Below the pieces are notes generated by a model that did not search any database, had not been told where the DNA came from, and was given only the letters and a program-made list of their open reading frames with translations. Source: Pseudomonadota bacterium (lineage in GTDB: Bacteria; Pseudomonadota; Gammaproteobacteria; Eutrophobiales; Eutrophobiaceae). From it: a DNA stretch of 64,000 nucleotides. The translations under genes were made by a program, and so were the position numbers. The stretch covers positions 973,615 to 1,037,614 of the forward strand of contig JAYQJO010000001.1 of NCBI GenBank assembly GCA_038142205.1. Direction: 5' to 3'. Below, piece by piece: positions 31,372 through 42,155 of the stretch (positions are counted from its first letter, which is position 1; each line of letters starts with the position of its first letter).

Positions 31372-34260
31372 ATGGAGGCGGAAGGTTCTGCAAACACAAT
31401 ATCGGCGAGTGTCGACAATAACTTAAATACCAACGTTAATGACACAAATTCAGAACTTTATAAGACCGATCATTTAAACAATCAGCTTAGTCATTATCGT
31501 GTTATTCGTCGTAACGGTAAGGTCACTACTTTTGATCTATCCAAGATCTCGGTTGCAATGACTAAAGCCTTTATTAACGTTGAAGGTGGTACAGCTGCGG
31601 CATCTACCCGCATACATCAAACAGTAGAAGCCCTGACAGCACAAGTTGTTAGTGCTCTGACCCGCCGTATGCCAGATGGTGGCACATTACATATTGAAGA
31701 TATTCAGGATCAGGTTGAGTTATCTTTAATGCGTACAGGCGCACAAAAAGTTGCCCGTGCTTATGTTATCTATCGTGAAGAACGTAGCCGTGAACGACTT
31801 GCCGCTGAAGAAGCATCAACAACTTCTGAAAAAACCGAAGAAGCACCTGTAGCACAAATTAACGTTAAACGAACCGATGGCAGTAAAGCACCGTTGGATA
31901 TGGTTCGTTTGCAATCAATCATCGATGAATCTTGCGAAAGCCTATCCGAAGTTGATGCTTCGTTAATTACAAAAGAAACCATGAATAACTTATTCGATGG
32001 TATTGATGAAGAAGATGTCAATAATGCCCTGGTAATGAGTGCCCGTACCTTGATCGAAAAAGATCCAGATTACAGTTATGCTGCAGCCGGCTTATTACTG
32101 GATAAATTACGTCAGGAAGCGTTGACATTTATTAACGGCAATCTGACTCAGGCAACACATCAGGAAATGAAAAAGTTTTATCCTGATTACTTTAAGTCTT
32201 TCATACAACGTGGTGCTGATTTAGAGCTGCTTGATCAGGAACTGGTGAAATACGATCTGGAAAAGTTAGGTAATGCATTAAAAATTGAACGTGACCATCA
32301 GTTTACTTATCTGAGTTTACAAACACTTTATGACCGTTACTTTATTCATTCCGAAGATGATATTCGTTTTGAATTACCGCAAGCGTTTTTTATGCGCGTC
32401 GCTATGGGCTTAGCGATTAACGAACTGGATCGTGAAGCGCGCGCTATTGAATTTTATGAGCTTTTATCCTCATTTGATTTTATGAGCTCGACCCCTACAC
32501 TATTTAACTCAGGCACACGCCGACCTCAACTTTCAAGCTGTTATTTAACGACTGTACCGGACGATCTTGATGGTATTTTCTGCGCTATTAAAGACGATGC
32601 GATGCTGTCCAAATACGCTGGTGGTTTGGGTAATGACTGGACGCCTGTACGGGCTTTAGGCGCGCATATCAAAGGCACTAATGGTAAATCACAAGGCGTT
32701 GTACCTTTTCTTAAGGTAGCCAATGACACTGCTGTTGCGGTAAATCAGGGTGGTAAGCGTAAAGGCGCAATGTGTGCGTATCTTGAAACATGGCATTTAG
32801 ATATTGAAGAGTTTCTTGATTTACGTAAGAACACAGGTGATGACCGTCGCCGAACACATGACATGAATACTGCGAACTGGATTCCTGATCTTTTCATGAA
32901 ACGTGTTGCAGAAGAAGGTAGCTGGACTTTATTTTCACCACATGACGCGCCTGACTTGCATGATCTTTATGGCATTGATTTTGAAAACCGTTATGTTGAA
33001 TACGAGCAAAAAGCAGTCGAAGGTAAAATTAATAACTTCAAAGTCATTCCTGCTAATGATCTGTGGCGCAGAATGTTATCTATGCTATTTGAAACAGGTC
33101 ACCCCTGGATTACATTTAAAGATCCTTGCAACATTCGTTCACCACAATCACATTCCGGTGTCGTACACTCATCAAACCTTTGTACCGAGATCACGCTGAA
33201 CACAAACGAAGATGAAATTGCAGTATGTAATTTAGGCTCAGTGAACTTACCCCAACATATTGATGATGATGGCACTTTAAACACAGAGAAACTTGAAAAA
33301 ACAGTTAATACTGCTATCCGCATGCTGGATAACGTGATTGATTACAACTATTACAGCGTACCCAAAGCAAGACGCTCTAACCTACGTCACCGTCCTATTG
33401 GCTTGGGTGTTATGGGCTTTCAGGATGCGTTGTATAAAAAGCGCCTGGCTTACGGCTCCGAGCCTGCTGTTGAGTTTGCTGACACAAGTATGGAAGCCAT
33501 TAGCTACTATGCGATTAAAGCATCAACCGATCTGGCAGAAGAACGAGGTTCTTACTCTACTTATAGCGGTTCCTTATGGAGTAAAGGCATCTTGCCGATT
33601 GATTCAATGCAACGTTTAGCTGATGAACGTGGCGATTATCTACAGGCTGATTATTCACAAACTTTAAATTGGGATGATTTACGTAAACGCGTTATGAATG
33701 TCGGTATGCGTAACTCAAACTGTATGGCAATTGCCCCTACTGCAACGATATCAAATATATGTGGTGTCAGTCAGTCAATCGAACCGACTTATCAAAACCT
33801 ATTCGTTAAATCGAACTTATCAGGTGAATTTACTGTTGTTAATCCCTATCTCGCAAAGGATATGAAAGAGCTTGGTATTTGGGATGATGTCATGGTGAAC
33901 GACCTGAAATACTTTGATGGCAGCGTACAAAAAATTGATCGCGTGCCAGATGAAATAAAACAAATTTATGCCACGGCTTTTGAAATGGATCCACGTTGGC
34001 TTGTTGAAGCAGCGTCCCGCAGACAAAAATGGATTGACCAAGGGCAATCCTTAAACCTTTATATGGCTGAGCCCAGTGGCACCAAACTCGATAACTTGTA
34101 CAAGCTTGCATGGGTAAGAGGTTTAAAAACCACTTATTACTTACGCTCTCTTGGTGCAACACATATGGAAAAAAGCACAGCAAACGACAACCAGAATGAA
34201 GTCGCTGAAGAACCCAAGGTTTGTTCAATACTAGACCCTGACTGTGAAGCATGTCAGTAA
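31372..34260 (+). CDS. nrdA: Class Ia ribonucleoside-diphosphate reductase alpha subunit with two ATP cones
   Basis: VIRRNG and VKRTDG cones, TPTLFNSG, SSCYL, SNLCTEI, APTATIS, KTTYYLR, C-terminal CEACQ. Confidence 0.97.
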   Translation: MEAEGSANTISASVDNNLNTNVNDTNSELYKTDHLNNQLSHYRVIRRNGKVTTFDLSKISVAMTKAFINVEGGTAAASTRIHQTVEALTAQVVSALTRRMPDGGTLHIEDIQDQVELSLMRTGAQKVARAYVIYREERSRERLAAEEASTTSEKTEEAPVAQINVKRTDGSKAPLDMVRLQSIIDESCESLSEVDASLITKETMNNLFDGIDEEDVNNALVMSARTLIEKDPDYSYAAAGLLLDKLRQEALTFINGNLTQATHQEMKKFYPDYFKSFIQRGADLELLDQELVKYDLEKLGNALKIERDHQFTYLSLQTLYDRYFIHSEDDIRFELPQAFFMRVAMGLAINELDREARAIEFYELLSSFDFMSSTPTLFNSGTRRPQLSSCYLTTVPDDLDGIFCAIKDDAMLSKYAGGLGNDWTPVRALGAHIKGTNGKSQGVVPFLKVANDTAVAVNQGGKRKGAMCAYLETWHLDIEEFLDLRKNTGDDRRRTHDMNTANWIPDLFMKRVAEEGSWTLFSPHDAPDLHDLYGIDFENRYVEYEQKAVEGKINNFKVIPANDLWRRMLSMLFETGHPWITFKDPCNIRSPQSHSGVVHSSNLCTEITLNTNEDEIAVCNLGSVNLPQHIDDDGTLNTEKLEKTVNTAIRMLDNVIDYNYYSVPKARRSNLRHRPIGLGVMGFQDALYKKRLAYGSEPAVEFADTSMEAISYYAIKASTDLAEERGSYSTYSGSLWSKGILPIDSMQRLADERGDYLQADYSQTLNWDDLRKRVMNVGMRNSNCMAIAPTATISNICGVSQSIEPTYQNLFVKSNLSGEFTVVNPYLAKDMKELGIWDDVMVNDLKYFDGSVQKIDRVPDEIKQIYATAFEMDPRWLVEAASRRQKWIDQGQSLNLYMAEPSGTKLDNLYKLAWVRGLKTTYYLRSLGATHMEKSTANDNQNEVAEEPKVCSILDPDCEACQ

Positions 34261-34281
34261 ATAATAACACGAGGAAAAAGA

Positions 34282-35421
34282 ATGTTAGATTGGAATGACC
34301 CTTTATCAAAACCGACCCTAATTGAGGAGGTTGAGCCTGCTGTTGTTGAAAGCGCATTAAATAAACCGGCAGTTGAAATAACCTCTACACCTGAAACAGC
34401 CACGTTTACCAGTAAACTGGATCCAGTTAATGCTGATGACAAACGTGTTATTAATGGTCAAACCGATATTAATCAATTAGCCCCCTTTAAGTATCCCTGG
34501 GCATGGAATTTTTTCCTTAACGCCAACAAAAACCATTGGACGCCATTAGATATTAATATGGCTCAGGATGTTGCTGACTATAGAAATAAATTGACCGATG
34601 AAGAAAAACACGTTTATGAAAATGTGCTTTCATACTTAACAACATCCGATATTTTAGCCATGCGTAATATCGGCCTAGCTGTAATGGAAAAAATGTCTGC
34701 GCCTGAATTACAGATTTATCAGGCAAGACAGGTTTATGAAGAGTCATTACATACATGGACTTATCAACACTGTATTGAAAGCATTGGTTTGGATCAGAGT
34801 GAAATTTATAACCGCTATCGTGTTGTACCAGAAATACATCAAAAAATTTCTGTCGCAAACCGTCGCTTAAACTCTGTATTGCGTTCAGATATAGACTTAA
34901 CTGATCGTGATGAACTAAATAATTTTGTGATCTCTTATATGTTTTTCGCCGGCATCTTTGAAGGCTGCTGGTTTTACAATGGCTTTAGCCCTATTTTTGC
35001 CTTACAACGTCGCGGATTAATGAAAGGCACAGCAGAACAACTCCAATACATCATGCGTGATGAAGTCATGCACGCTGCTTTTGGTATTCGTGTTGTCAAA
35101 CAGATCATGCAAGAAGAAAAAGTAACGCTCGATCCTAAAGAAGTTCGTGATATGTGGGATGAAGCCTATGAAGCTGAAAAAGCTTATACGAGCTACATTT
35201 TAAGAGATCCTATTCTTGGCTATTCTGCGGAAACTCACCTTGCACAGTTTAAATATATTGCTAACAGGCGTGCTAATCAGTTAGGACTTAGTGATCCTTT
35301 CCCTGGTGCTGAATCAGCGTTACCTTGGTTAGACGAGCAGGCAAACTTGAGAAAAGAGAAAAACTTTTTTGAAACACGGGTGACGGAATACCAAACCGGT
35401 GGTGCATTAACATGGGATTAA
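34282..35421 (+). CDS. nrdB: Ribonucleotide reductase beta subunit
   Basis: TTSD, EESLHTWTY (radical Tyr), FEGCWFY, RDEVMH, NFFETRVTEY. Confidence 0.96.
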   Translation: MLDWNDPLSKPTLIEEVEPAVVESALNKPAVEITSTPETATFTSKLDPVNADDKRVINGQTDINQLAPFKYPWAWNFFLNANKNHWTPLDINMAQDVADYRNKLTDEEKHVYENVLSYLTTSDILAMRNIGLAVMEKMSAPELQIYQARQVYEESLHTWTYQHCIESIGLDQSEIYNRYRVVPEIHQKISVANRRLNSVLRSDIDLTDRDELNNFVISYMFFAGIFEGCWFYNGFSPIFALQRRGLMKGTAEQLQYIMRDEVMHAAFGIRVVKQIMQEEKVTLDPKEVRDMWDEAYEAEKAYTSYILRDPILGYSAETHLAQFKYIANRRANQLGLSDPFPGAESALPWLDEQANLRKEKNFFETRVTEYQTGGALTWD

Positions 35422-35473
35422 TTGAGAGCTTTTATCAGAAAGCTTTAGAAAATAAATTACTGTTTTACCGTGA

Positions 35474-35555
35474 CCGCCTCAGCGGGAACCGAGAGGGATG
35501 CTCGGTTATTGCCTGGTATCTCCAGCCTCTTCCGGATACCAGGCCTTCTTATTCT
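35474..35555 (+). ncRNA. Candidate structured RNA / terminator (three GC-rich hairpins)
   Basis: CCGC/GCGG, AACCGAG/CTCGGTT, GCCTGGTATC/GATACCAGGC followed by a pyrimidine tract. Confidence 0.4.
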
Positions 35556-35615
35556 ACGAACAAACCTTATTAGGTTTGTTTCATTAGTAATTATAGCTAA
35601 AAAAGGAGCTAAAAA

Positions 35616-35789
35616 GTGCAACAGCATGATAAAAATGTTGCCGTTGAAGAAACGGAGGATTCAAATTTGCTGGACTGTTACCGTATCGCTGTTGATTTCG
35701 GCATGTCAGCGGCTCTCAAAGCTTATGAAAAACTAGCAACGGACACACCTGAAAAACTCGATCACGAAAATAACACTAATTCTATTTAG
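35616..35789 (+). CDS. Small acidic hypothetical protein (57 aa)
   Basis: AAGGAG RBS 7 nt before GTG; MQQHDKNVAVEETEDSNLLDCYRIAVDFGMSAALKAYEKLATDTPEKLDHENNTNSI; below the ORF-track cutoff. Confidence 0.6.
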   Translation: MQQHDKNVAVEETEDSNLLDCYRIAVDFGMSAALKAYEKLATDTPEKLDHENNTNSI

Positions 35790-35794
35790 CACTA

Positions 35795-36973
35795 TTAAGC
35801 GACTTTAAATTTACCAACTTGGGTTTGCAGGCTTGATGCTAATTTAGCTAGTTGATCACTTGCGCTTGCTGTTTGTTGTGAGCCATCAGCAGTATCCTGT
35901 GCCACTTCACTAATATTTACGATATTGCGATTAATCTCTTCAGCAGTTGAACTTTGCTCTTCTGCCGCGCTTGCTATTTGCATATTCATGCTCTTAATAT
36001 TATCAACAACACTGGTGATAGACTGTAATGCTTTACCTGCTTTTGCTGCTTGCTCAACACTTTCTTCAGCTTTTGAGCGTCCCATTTCCATGACGCTGAC
36101 AGCCTGATTGGCGCCATTTTGTAAACGCTCAATCATGTTATTAATTTCACATGTCGATTGCTGTGTACGGCTTGCTAATGTTCTGACTTCATCGGCAACA
36201 ACAGCAAAACCTCGTCCCTGCTCACCTGCTCGAGCTGCTTCAATTGCTGCGTTTAATGCCAATAAATTTGTTTGTTCTGCGATATCTCGAATAACATCAA
36301 GCACCGTTCCAATACTGATACTGTCTCCTTTCAGGTTCTCAATGACTTCAGAGGTACGCTCAACTTCAGAAGCGAGATTATTAATCGTCTCAATAGTTGT
36401 ATTTACCACTTGCCAGCCATCTTTTGCACTGTCGTCCGCTTCCTGCGCTTCATTAGCCGCGTTGGCTGCATTATTTGATACTTCTGAAACCGTCGCAGAC
36501 ATTTCGTTCATTGCTGTTGCAACCTGATCTATTTCACCTTGCTGACGTAGAACACCGCTATTACTCTGTTCCGTAATTGCTGAAAGCTCTTCAGCTGCAG
36601 CGGCTAGTTGCCCTGCACTACCTAAGATTTCTTTTACAAGACTTGAGAAACCTTTTCGGCCTTGAGAGTATTCCCAGCACATCCAGGCAAATTCATCCTT
36701 CCCCGGGATATTAATTTTATATGTTAGATCGCCTTGAGACATGGCATGCATGGCGTTCACCATCATTTCTGCCCGTTTAGCATTTATTTTGCCTACATAA
36801 TGCCCAAAACAAAATGTCGCTAGCGCGGCTATCAACAACATGACGAGACTTCCAGTCAAGCCCAAGCTACCAAAATAATGCACACACTCGTAAATAATTA
36901 ACCAAGCGCAAACATATGCAGTAAACAAGTAAAACTGTTTACGTATACTTAGTGCCGTAATTAACTTTTCCAT
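35795..36973 (-). CDS. Methyl-accepting chemotaxis protein without periplasmic ligand domain
   Basis: Two adjacent TM helices, [38 protein letters not shown]. Confidence 0.95.
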   Translation of the reverse strand: MEKLITALSIRKQFYLFTAYVCAWLIIYECVHYFGSLGLTGSLVMLLIAALATFCFGHYVGKINAKRAEMMVNAMHAMSQGDLTYKINIPGKDEFAWMCWEYSQGRKGFSSLVKEILGSAGQLAAAAEELSAITEQSNSGVLRQQGEIDQVATAMNEMSATVSEVSNNAANAANEAQEADDSAKDGWQVVNTTIETINNLASEVERTSEVIENLKGDSISIGTVLDVIRDIAEQTNLLALNAAIEAARAGEQGRGFAVVADEVRTLASRTQQSTCEINNMIERLQNGANQAVSVMEMGRSKAEESVEQAAKAGKALQSITSVVDNIKSMNMQIASAAEEQSSTAEEINRNIVNISEVAQDTADGSQQTASASDQLAKLASSLQTQVGKFKVA

Positions 36974-37047
36974 CTTCAGTACTCCAGCTATTTATTAAAA
37001 TTTGACCTTATGCGCTTTAGGTCAATAGTTAACTGTCTTGCCTGATT

Positions 37048-37074
37048 ATTTCGGCTGAATTTACTTTTTCTTTA
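37048..37074 (-). promoter_or_regulatory. Sigma28 (FliA) promoter of the MCP gene
   Basis: Minus strand TAAA-N15-GCCGAAAT. Confidence 0.7.
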
Positions 37075-37205
37075 CATTTTTTTAATACTTCCACTGAATT
37101 TTAGGCTCGTAGTATAAAAAAAGGAGAGTAAACAGAACGAATCAGGTCTGAAGTACCATAAAATATTGATTAGAAAAGATTGCGGACAGCAATAAGGTTT
37201 TGCTG

Positions 37206-37778
37206 TTACAACTGAGAATATTGTTGCTTACTATAAAATAGAAGCTCTCCTGAAAAACGTGCAGCATATTTCAGAAAGGCTTTGTCTAAATTATCGTTTT
37301 CAACATGATTTATAATGTGTTCTCTATCATTACTCAATTCTTTCGATTTGATCAAAACCAATTTTTTAGCATCTAATTTCGTTGCTAACCATAAAGAAAT
37401 ACTATCAGAAGTCACATCCCAACTTGATTCTAGATCCGAGTCATTTCCAATTAAACAATAAGGCATCCACAGCAAAGGGTATTTTTTGTCTAAATTAACT
37501 TTGATTTCTTCATTATTTCTAATGACTATCAGTTCTGGTTTAATCTGTTTAAGGTAATAGCCATACTGACACATTGCCAACAAGGCCATCTGATGTGCAG
37601 CGATATCATCAAACAGATATTGCTTTTGCAATTGACGAATTGAATCAGCAAACTTTCCACCTCCAGGAACGATGAGATAATTAGTCTCTTTCGATGCTGA
37701 TTCAATTTTATCTAGGCAGAGAGGTAATTCAGAAGTCCCTATTAAACTTCCACCGAGCTTCACTATGGTTAGGTTCAA
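37206..37778 (-). CDS. Amino-acid-kinase family protein, Orf21/MfnE-like (furan cofactor biosynthesis)
   Basis: IVKLGGSL, IVPGGGKFAD, AAHQMA, SWDVTSDSI; C1-cluster context. Confidence 0.82.
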   Translation of the reverse strand: MNLTIVKLGGSLIGTSELPLCLDKIESASKETNYLIVPGGGKFADSIRQLQKQYLFDDIAAHQMALLAMCQYGYYLKQIKPELIVIRNNEEIKVNLDKKYPLLWMPYCLIGNDSDLESSWDVTSDSISLWLATKLDAKKLVLIKSKELSNDREHIINHVENDNLDKAFLKYAARFSGELLFYSKQQYSQL

Positions 37779-39147
37779 AGAGTTCCCTCATGTTCAAACA
37801 ATTTCATCATGGCTGCCGCCTTATGAAAACATTCCTTATATTCTGAATCGACTTCTGAATCCCAGACTATTCCACCACCGGCATGAAAATAAAGTTTATT
37901 TTCATATTTCACCAATGTCCTGATAGAAATATTACTGTCCATATTGCCATCAAAACCAATATAAGCAATTGAACCGCAATAAACAGAACGCCGATGCGGC
38001 TCAAGTTCTTCGATAATTTCCATTGATCGGTATTTAGGCGCGCCTGTAATCGATCCACCTGGAAAGCAATTGCGTAATAAATCTATAGCATGTTTTTCTT
38101 TGGTTAAACGACCTGAAACTGTACTTACAAGATGATGTACTGAGGCATATGTTTCCAAAGCAAATAATTTTGGAACTGATACTGAACCTGTTTCACAGGA
38201 TTTACTGATATCATTTCTTAACAAATCAACAATCATTAAGTTTTCAGCACGATCTTTTTCGCTTTCTAGTAAGGAACCTGCCAGCGCTTTATCCTCATAA
38301 GCAAAGTTCGAACGTGGCCGAGTTCCTTTAATCGGTTTTGTTTCAACCTGATCGCCTGTAACAAGTAAGAAGCGTTCCGGTGAAGAGCTTAAAACACAAC
38401 CCATTGGAATATGAATATAGGCTGCATACGGTGCGGGATTTAATTGTCTCAATTTCAAATATGCACTCCAACTATTGCCATCAAAATCAGCTGAAAAACG
38501 TTGTGCTAAGTTAACTTGATAACAATCCCCTTCAAGAATATATTTTTTTATTCGATCAAATGCTTTTGCATAGTCTTCTTTAGACATATTTGATAGAACA
38601 TCTGTTTTAATCTTGAATTCTTTTTCAATGTCTTTGGATATTGAAGAAAATAATGTCTGTAATTCACCCCATTTTTCCTGCGTCCGTTCAAACCGGCAAT
38701 GACTTGCAAGCCAACTACGTCTTTGATGATGGTCAACAATAACAGCCCAATCATAAATACCTATTGCCATATCTGGCATATGTACATCCTGTTTTGCAAC
38801 TTCAGGTAATATCTCTATTTTTCTTCCCAGGTCATAAGAAAAATAACCGACGGCACCACCACAAAAAGGCAAGCTGCTCAGGTTTTGCTCCTTTTTACCT
38901 AAGTATCTTTTAATCAGTAAAAAGGATCTTCGTTAGAACTGGTTTCCTTGCTATTAAATAACTCAGTAATATGAGTAGTATCACCGTTTGTTTCAAAAGT
39001 AACCATCGGACGACCAACAATAATATCGTAACGCCCCAAATCTATTTCCGGGTAAGCACTATCAAGAAACATACTCCAAGGCTCATCTGCAATTTTTGCA
39101 AATAATGCAGCAGAATCACGATAATAAGGTAATTCAGAAACTTTCAT
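37775..39147 (-). CDS. pabB: Aminodeoxychorismate synthase component I (frameshift at A5 38919-38923)
   Basis: FLDS..GRYDI, PFCGGAVGYFSYD, GDCYQVNL, SPERF, PIKGT, AENLMIVDLLRND, FPGGSITGAPK. Confidence 0.92.
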
Positions 39148-40192
39148 CAGCTAATGATAACTGTCTATTTAATTGCGCTACAGCAACAGCAGGTGCACAA
39201 ACGTTACATTTATCTAAATATTTTGCATCGCTACTACATAAACTACTAAACTTGATATATGGAATATTTGCTCTGCGTGCAATTTCCTTGATCAAGAATT
39301 GGCCTGTTCCAGCCGAGATTATTTTTATATCGTTAGTTGGCATATTTGATAAAACTCTTAATAAGGCATTGCTAATTAACTGCAATTGTCTTTCTCTAAA
39401 ATATTCAGCAAGTTTATGCCAGCACTCAATATCAACGGCACCATTATTGTCAGCACCTATCATTCTTGCCAGACGTTGCACACTACCTTGTATATCCTTG
39501 CTTTCCCCATCTGCCGCATCCATTAAGTCATCTTCTTCCTGTATACAGGATAGAACCCGGTAAACATCTGCTGTTGTCGCAAAGTTTTCAGCAGCTATAT
39601 TTTGCCACTCCCCTTTAAAAGGAGCTTTATTCGCTAAGGCCATTAATGACGTTCTTATCACACCAGTATAAACAAGCTCATCAAAACGTAATCTTGTTTG
39701 ATCGTTATATCCTTTATTGATTAATTTGTTTTTATAAAATGGAATAATGTCTGTTGTTGTACTGCCTATATCAATAAAAACACCTGATTCGATTATAGAA
39801 GCAGCATAACTGGAACTGGCATGCCAGTTTGCTGAAGCTATTTGCATTGGTTTACTCCTAACCGATTCCAAATTTAATAAGCCATTATCTAAAGCGTATA
39901 AACTAATATCCTTGCCTAAGCTTTTTTCAAAGACATTAATTAATGACGCCACACCCTGCTCTCTATTCTCAAAAACATCAGCAAGCTCCGCTGTAATAGT
40001 TAAGGCATGAACATGTTTCGACTTTGGTAATTCTTTTATTGCTTTCGGAAACAGCGCTTCAAGACAATCAACTCCCTGCCATAAAGGAGAGGCATATTGA
40101 TTAACAAAATTAATATTACCTGAATTATCGACACTGGCGATCTTGAGGTGTGCGCCACCTATATCCCAGCCTATAAAATTCTTATGACTCAT
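39134..40192 (-). CDS. Hydantoinase/oxoprolinase-like Orf9 (MfnF-like) H4MPT-linked C1 protein
   Basis: GWDIGGAHLK, TAELAD, SANW, DIGSTTTDI, ELVYTG, RLARMIGAD. Confidence 0.85.
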   Translation of the reverse strand: MSHKNFIGWDIGGAHLKIASVDNSGNINFVNQYASPLWQGVDCLEALFPKAIKELPKSKHVHALTITAELADVFENREQGVASLINVFEKSLGKDISLYALDNGLLNLESVRSKPMQIASANWHASSSYAASIIESGVFIDIGSTTTDIIPFYKNKLINKGYNDQTRLRFDELVYTGVIRTSLMALANKAPFKGEWQNIAAENFATTADVYRVLSCIQEEDDLMDAADGESKDIQGSVQRLARMIGADNNGAVDIECWHKLAEYFRERQLQLISNALLRVLSNMPTNDIKIISAGTGQFLIKEIARRANIPYIKFSSLCSSDAKYLDKCNVCAPAVAVAQLNRQLSLADESF

Positions 40193-40200
40193 AAACAGTA

Positions 40201-41175
40201 TTATACATTTACGACAACTGATTTTGCCGAATCTAGGTTAATATCAGGAAGTTTTTTGAAAACAAAAGTATCCAGTATTTTAGCTGCAACATTACAACCG
40301 AGAGACTCTGAAAGTCCAGCATAAGCTGTAGTCAAACGAGGATTAATTTCAAGAACAAATAACTTACCATCCTCTTCTATCAAATCTACACCAATATAAC
40401 CGGCGAGACCTGATACAGTTAAAACTATTTCTTTAGCCAGGCTTAGCATTTCATCTTTATAAGACAGGCATTCATTAACACCTATTCTTTCTAATTTAAC
40501 ACCCTCTTCATTAATATCGACATACTGTTTATTACATCCTAATAAACAAACATCGCCATTGTAAACAAGCAAAGACATGCTCATATGATTACCTTTTATA
40601 TAAGGTTGAGTGATAAAGTTATTGTTACATTGACTAATGATGAATGAATCCAGTTTTTCTTTATTCGGCATTAACTGCGCACCTTCCGCCCCTGCTCCAT
40701 CATCAGGCTTAACAATCCAACCGGTATTACTTTCAGGAATTATTTGATCTATTTTTTTCGTTTCTACTACATTTATAGTATTTTCAAGCAATATTTTATT
40801 CGTTAAATACTTGCTGCTGCTTAGTCTAATCGCTTCAACTCTTGATCCAATAAAAACTGACTTACTGTCAGAGAATATTTGTGCATAACGCTCCAGACAC
40901 TGTTCAGTTTCAGGTGCAATTAACCAACAAACATCCATATTTTTAATATGCCCGCGTAATTCCTTATCTATATTCTTAACGACAGTGTATTGCTTAATAT
41001 TGTCATCCAATTTTTCAAGACGACTGTCTCTACTCACAAACAACTCAATGTTTAACTCTCTCAACTCACTTATCAAAGATTGCAACATAAGCTCGGCTTC
41101 AATAAGTAAGCTTTCTGGCAAGTCCTGTCCGGTAAGGCCTCCTCCTGTGATAAACTCAAATATAAAATGACGCAT
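40201..41175 (-). CDS. ATP-grasp protein Orf1 (MfnD tyramine-glutamate ligase-like)
   Basis: FEFITGGG, LIAPE, KPDDGAG, GYIGVD, EINPRLTTAY. Confidence 0.82.
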   Translation of the reverse strand: MRHFIFEFITGGGLTGQDLPESLLIEAELMLQSLISELRELNIELFVSRDSRLEKLDDNIKQYTVVKNIDKELRGHIKNMDVCWLIAPETEQCLERYAQIFSDSKSVFIGSRVEAIRLSSSKYLTNKILLENTINVVETKKIDQIIPESNTGWIVKPDDGAGAEGAQLMPNKEKLDSFIISQCNNNFITQPYIKGNHMSMSLLVYNGDVCLLGCNKQYVDINEEGVKLERIGVNECLSYKDEMLSLAKEIVLTVSGLAGYIGVDLIEEDGKLFVLEINPRLTTAYAGLSESLGCNVAAKILDTFVFKKLPDINLDSAKSVVVNV

Positions 41176-41185
41176 AAATTAAAGT

Positions 41186-41890
41186 ATGTTAATTATTCCT
41201 GTAATTGATTTAATGCACGGTCAGGTTGTTCATGCAAAACAAGGTTTGCGGAATCAATACCAACCAATACATTCAATGATATCAAGCAGTACAGTTCCTA
41301 AAGCTGTCCTTTCTGGTTTTCTGGAATTATACCCTTTCAAGATCATTTATATTGCCGATCTTGATGCTATTCAAAAAAAAGGAACAAACCAGCAAGTTAT
41401 TTTAGAATTGGCACTTCAAAATCAACAATGTGACTTCTGGATAGACGCAGGTCTTGATTCAATAATAGGAAAAGAACCTGATAACAAACCCGATAATATT
41501 AAGCTTGTGCTGGGTTCAGAAAACAAACTTCCTGAAAATGAATTTTATCAGTTATTAACTGATAAACCTGAACTCATACTATCCCTTGATTTCGTTGAAA
41601 GTAAATTAAAAGAAAATCACTATTTACTAGAAGACTCAGTCTTATGGCCTAATCAGATTATTACAATGATGCTATCAAGAGTCGGTTCAGACAAAGGAAT
41701 CGATATAGGCTGTCTTAATACAGTGATAAAACTAGCAAAAGATAAAAGTGTTTATGCTGCAGGTGGTGTAAGAAACAAACAAGATTTGATACAACTTAAA
41801 TCAATCGGTATAAAAGGGGTATTGTTAGCAACAGCGCTACATAACGGCGCAATTACAAAAGAAGATCTGAAAGTTATTAATGAAATTTAA
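41186..41890 (+). CDS. HisA/HisF-related TIM-barrel protein Orf17
   Basis: IIPVIDLMHGQVVHA, YIADLDAI, WIDAG, RVGS, AAGGVR, LATALH. Confidence 0.85.
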   Translation: MLIIPVIDLMHGQVVHAKQGLRNQYQPIHSMISSSTVPKAVLSGFLELYPFKIIYIADLDAIQKKGTNQQVILELALQNQQCDFWIDAGLDSIIGKEPDNKPDNIKLVLGSENKLPENEFYQLLTDKPELILSLDFVESKLKENHYLLEDSVLWPNQIITMMLSRVGSDKGIDIGCLNTVIKLAKDKSVYAAGGVRNKQDLIQLKSIGIKGVLLATALHNGAITKEDLKVINEI

Positions 41891-42070
41891 GCTCTTAGAG
41901 CGAAGGTTATCGAGGCAAAAAATTTCAAACAACTGAGTTTATTCAATCATCGCTTCTGACTTCATTGATATTAGATACATCTTTATAGCTTAATATCTTC
42001 AACAGCTTGCACTCAAGAGTAGGCTACGCACTTCCTGACGCTGTCTATCGCCTACTTCCGTGTAGGCAAT

Positions 42071-42098
42071 AAAAAAGCCCCGATAAATCGGGGCTTCT
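42071..42098 (-). terminator. Rho-independent terminator after fae
   Basis: AAAAAAGCCCCGAT-AA-ATCGGGGCTT. Confidence 0.85.
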
Positions 42099-42155
42099 AA
42101 TACTTTGCTGAAATCTAATTCAGTAACAAACTTACTTAGTTCGATAAAGAAATAA

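Noticed and set aside
34282-35421. Class Ic or metal-free ribonucleotide reductase
   Set aside because: The Asp first ligand, Glu/His ligands and radical Tyr are all retained, so ordinary class Ia
35470-35736. 88-aa ORF from the track
   Set aside because: No RBS, runs through terminator-like hairpins and overlaps the better-supported 57-aa ORF in another frame
42019-42068. REP/MITE-like hairpin GCCTACTTCCGTGTAGGC
   Set aside because: Single short copy in the window and no transposase, so it cannot be supported as a mobile element
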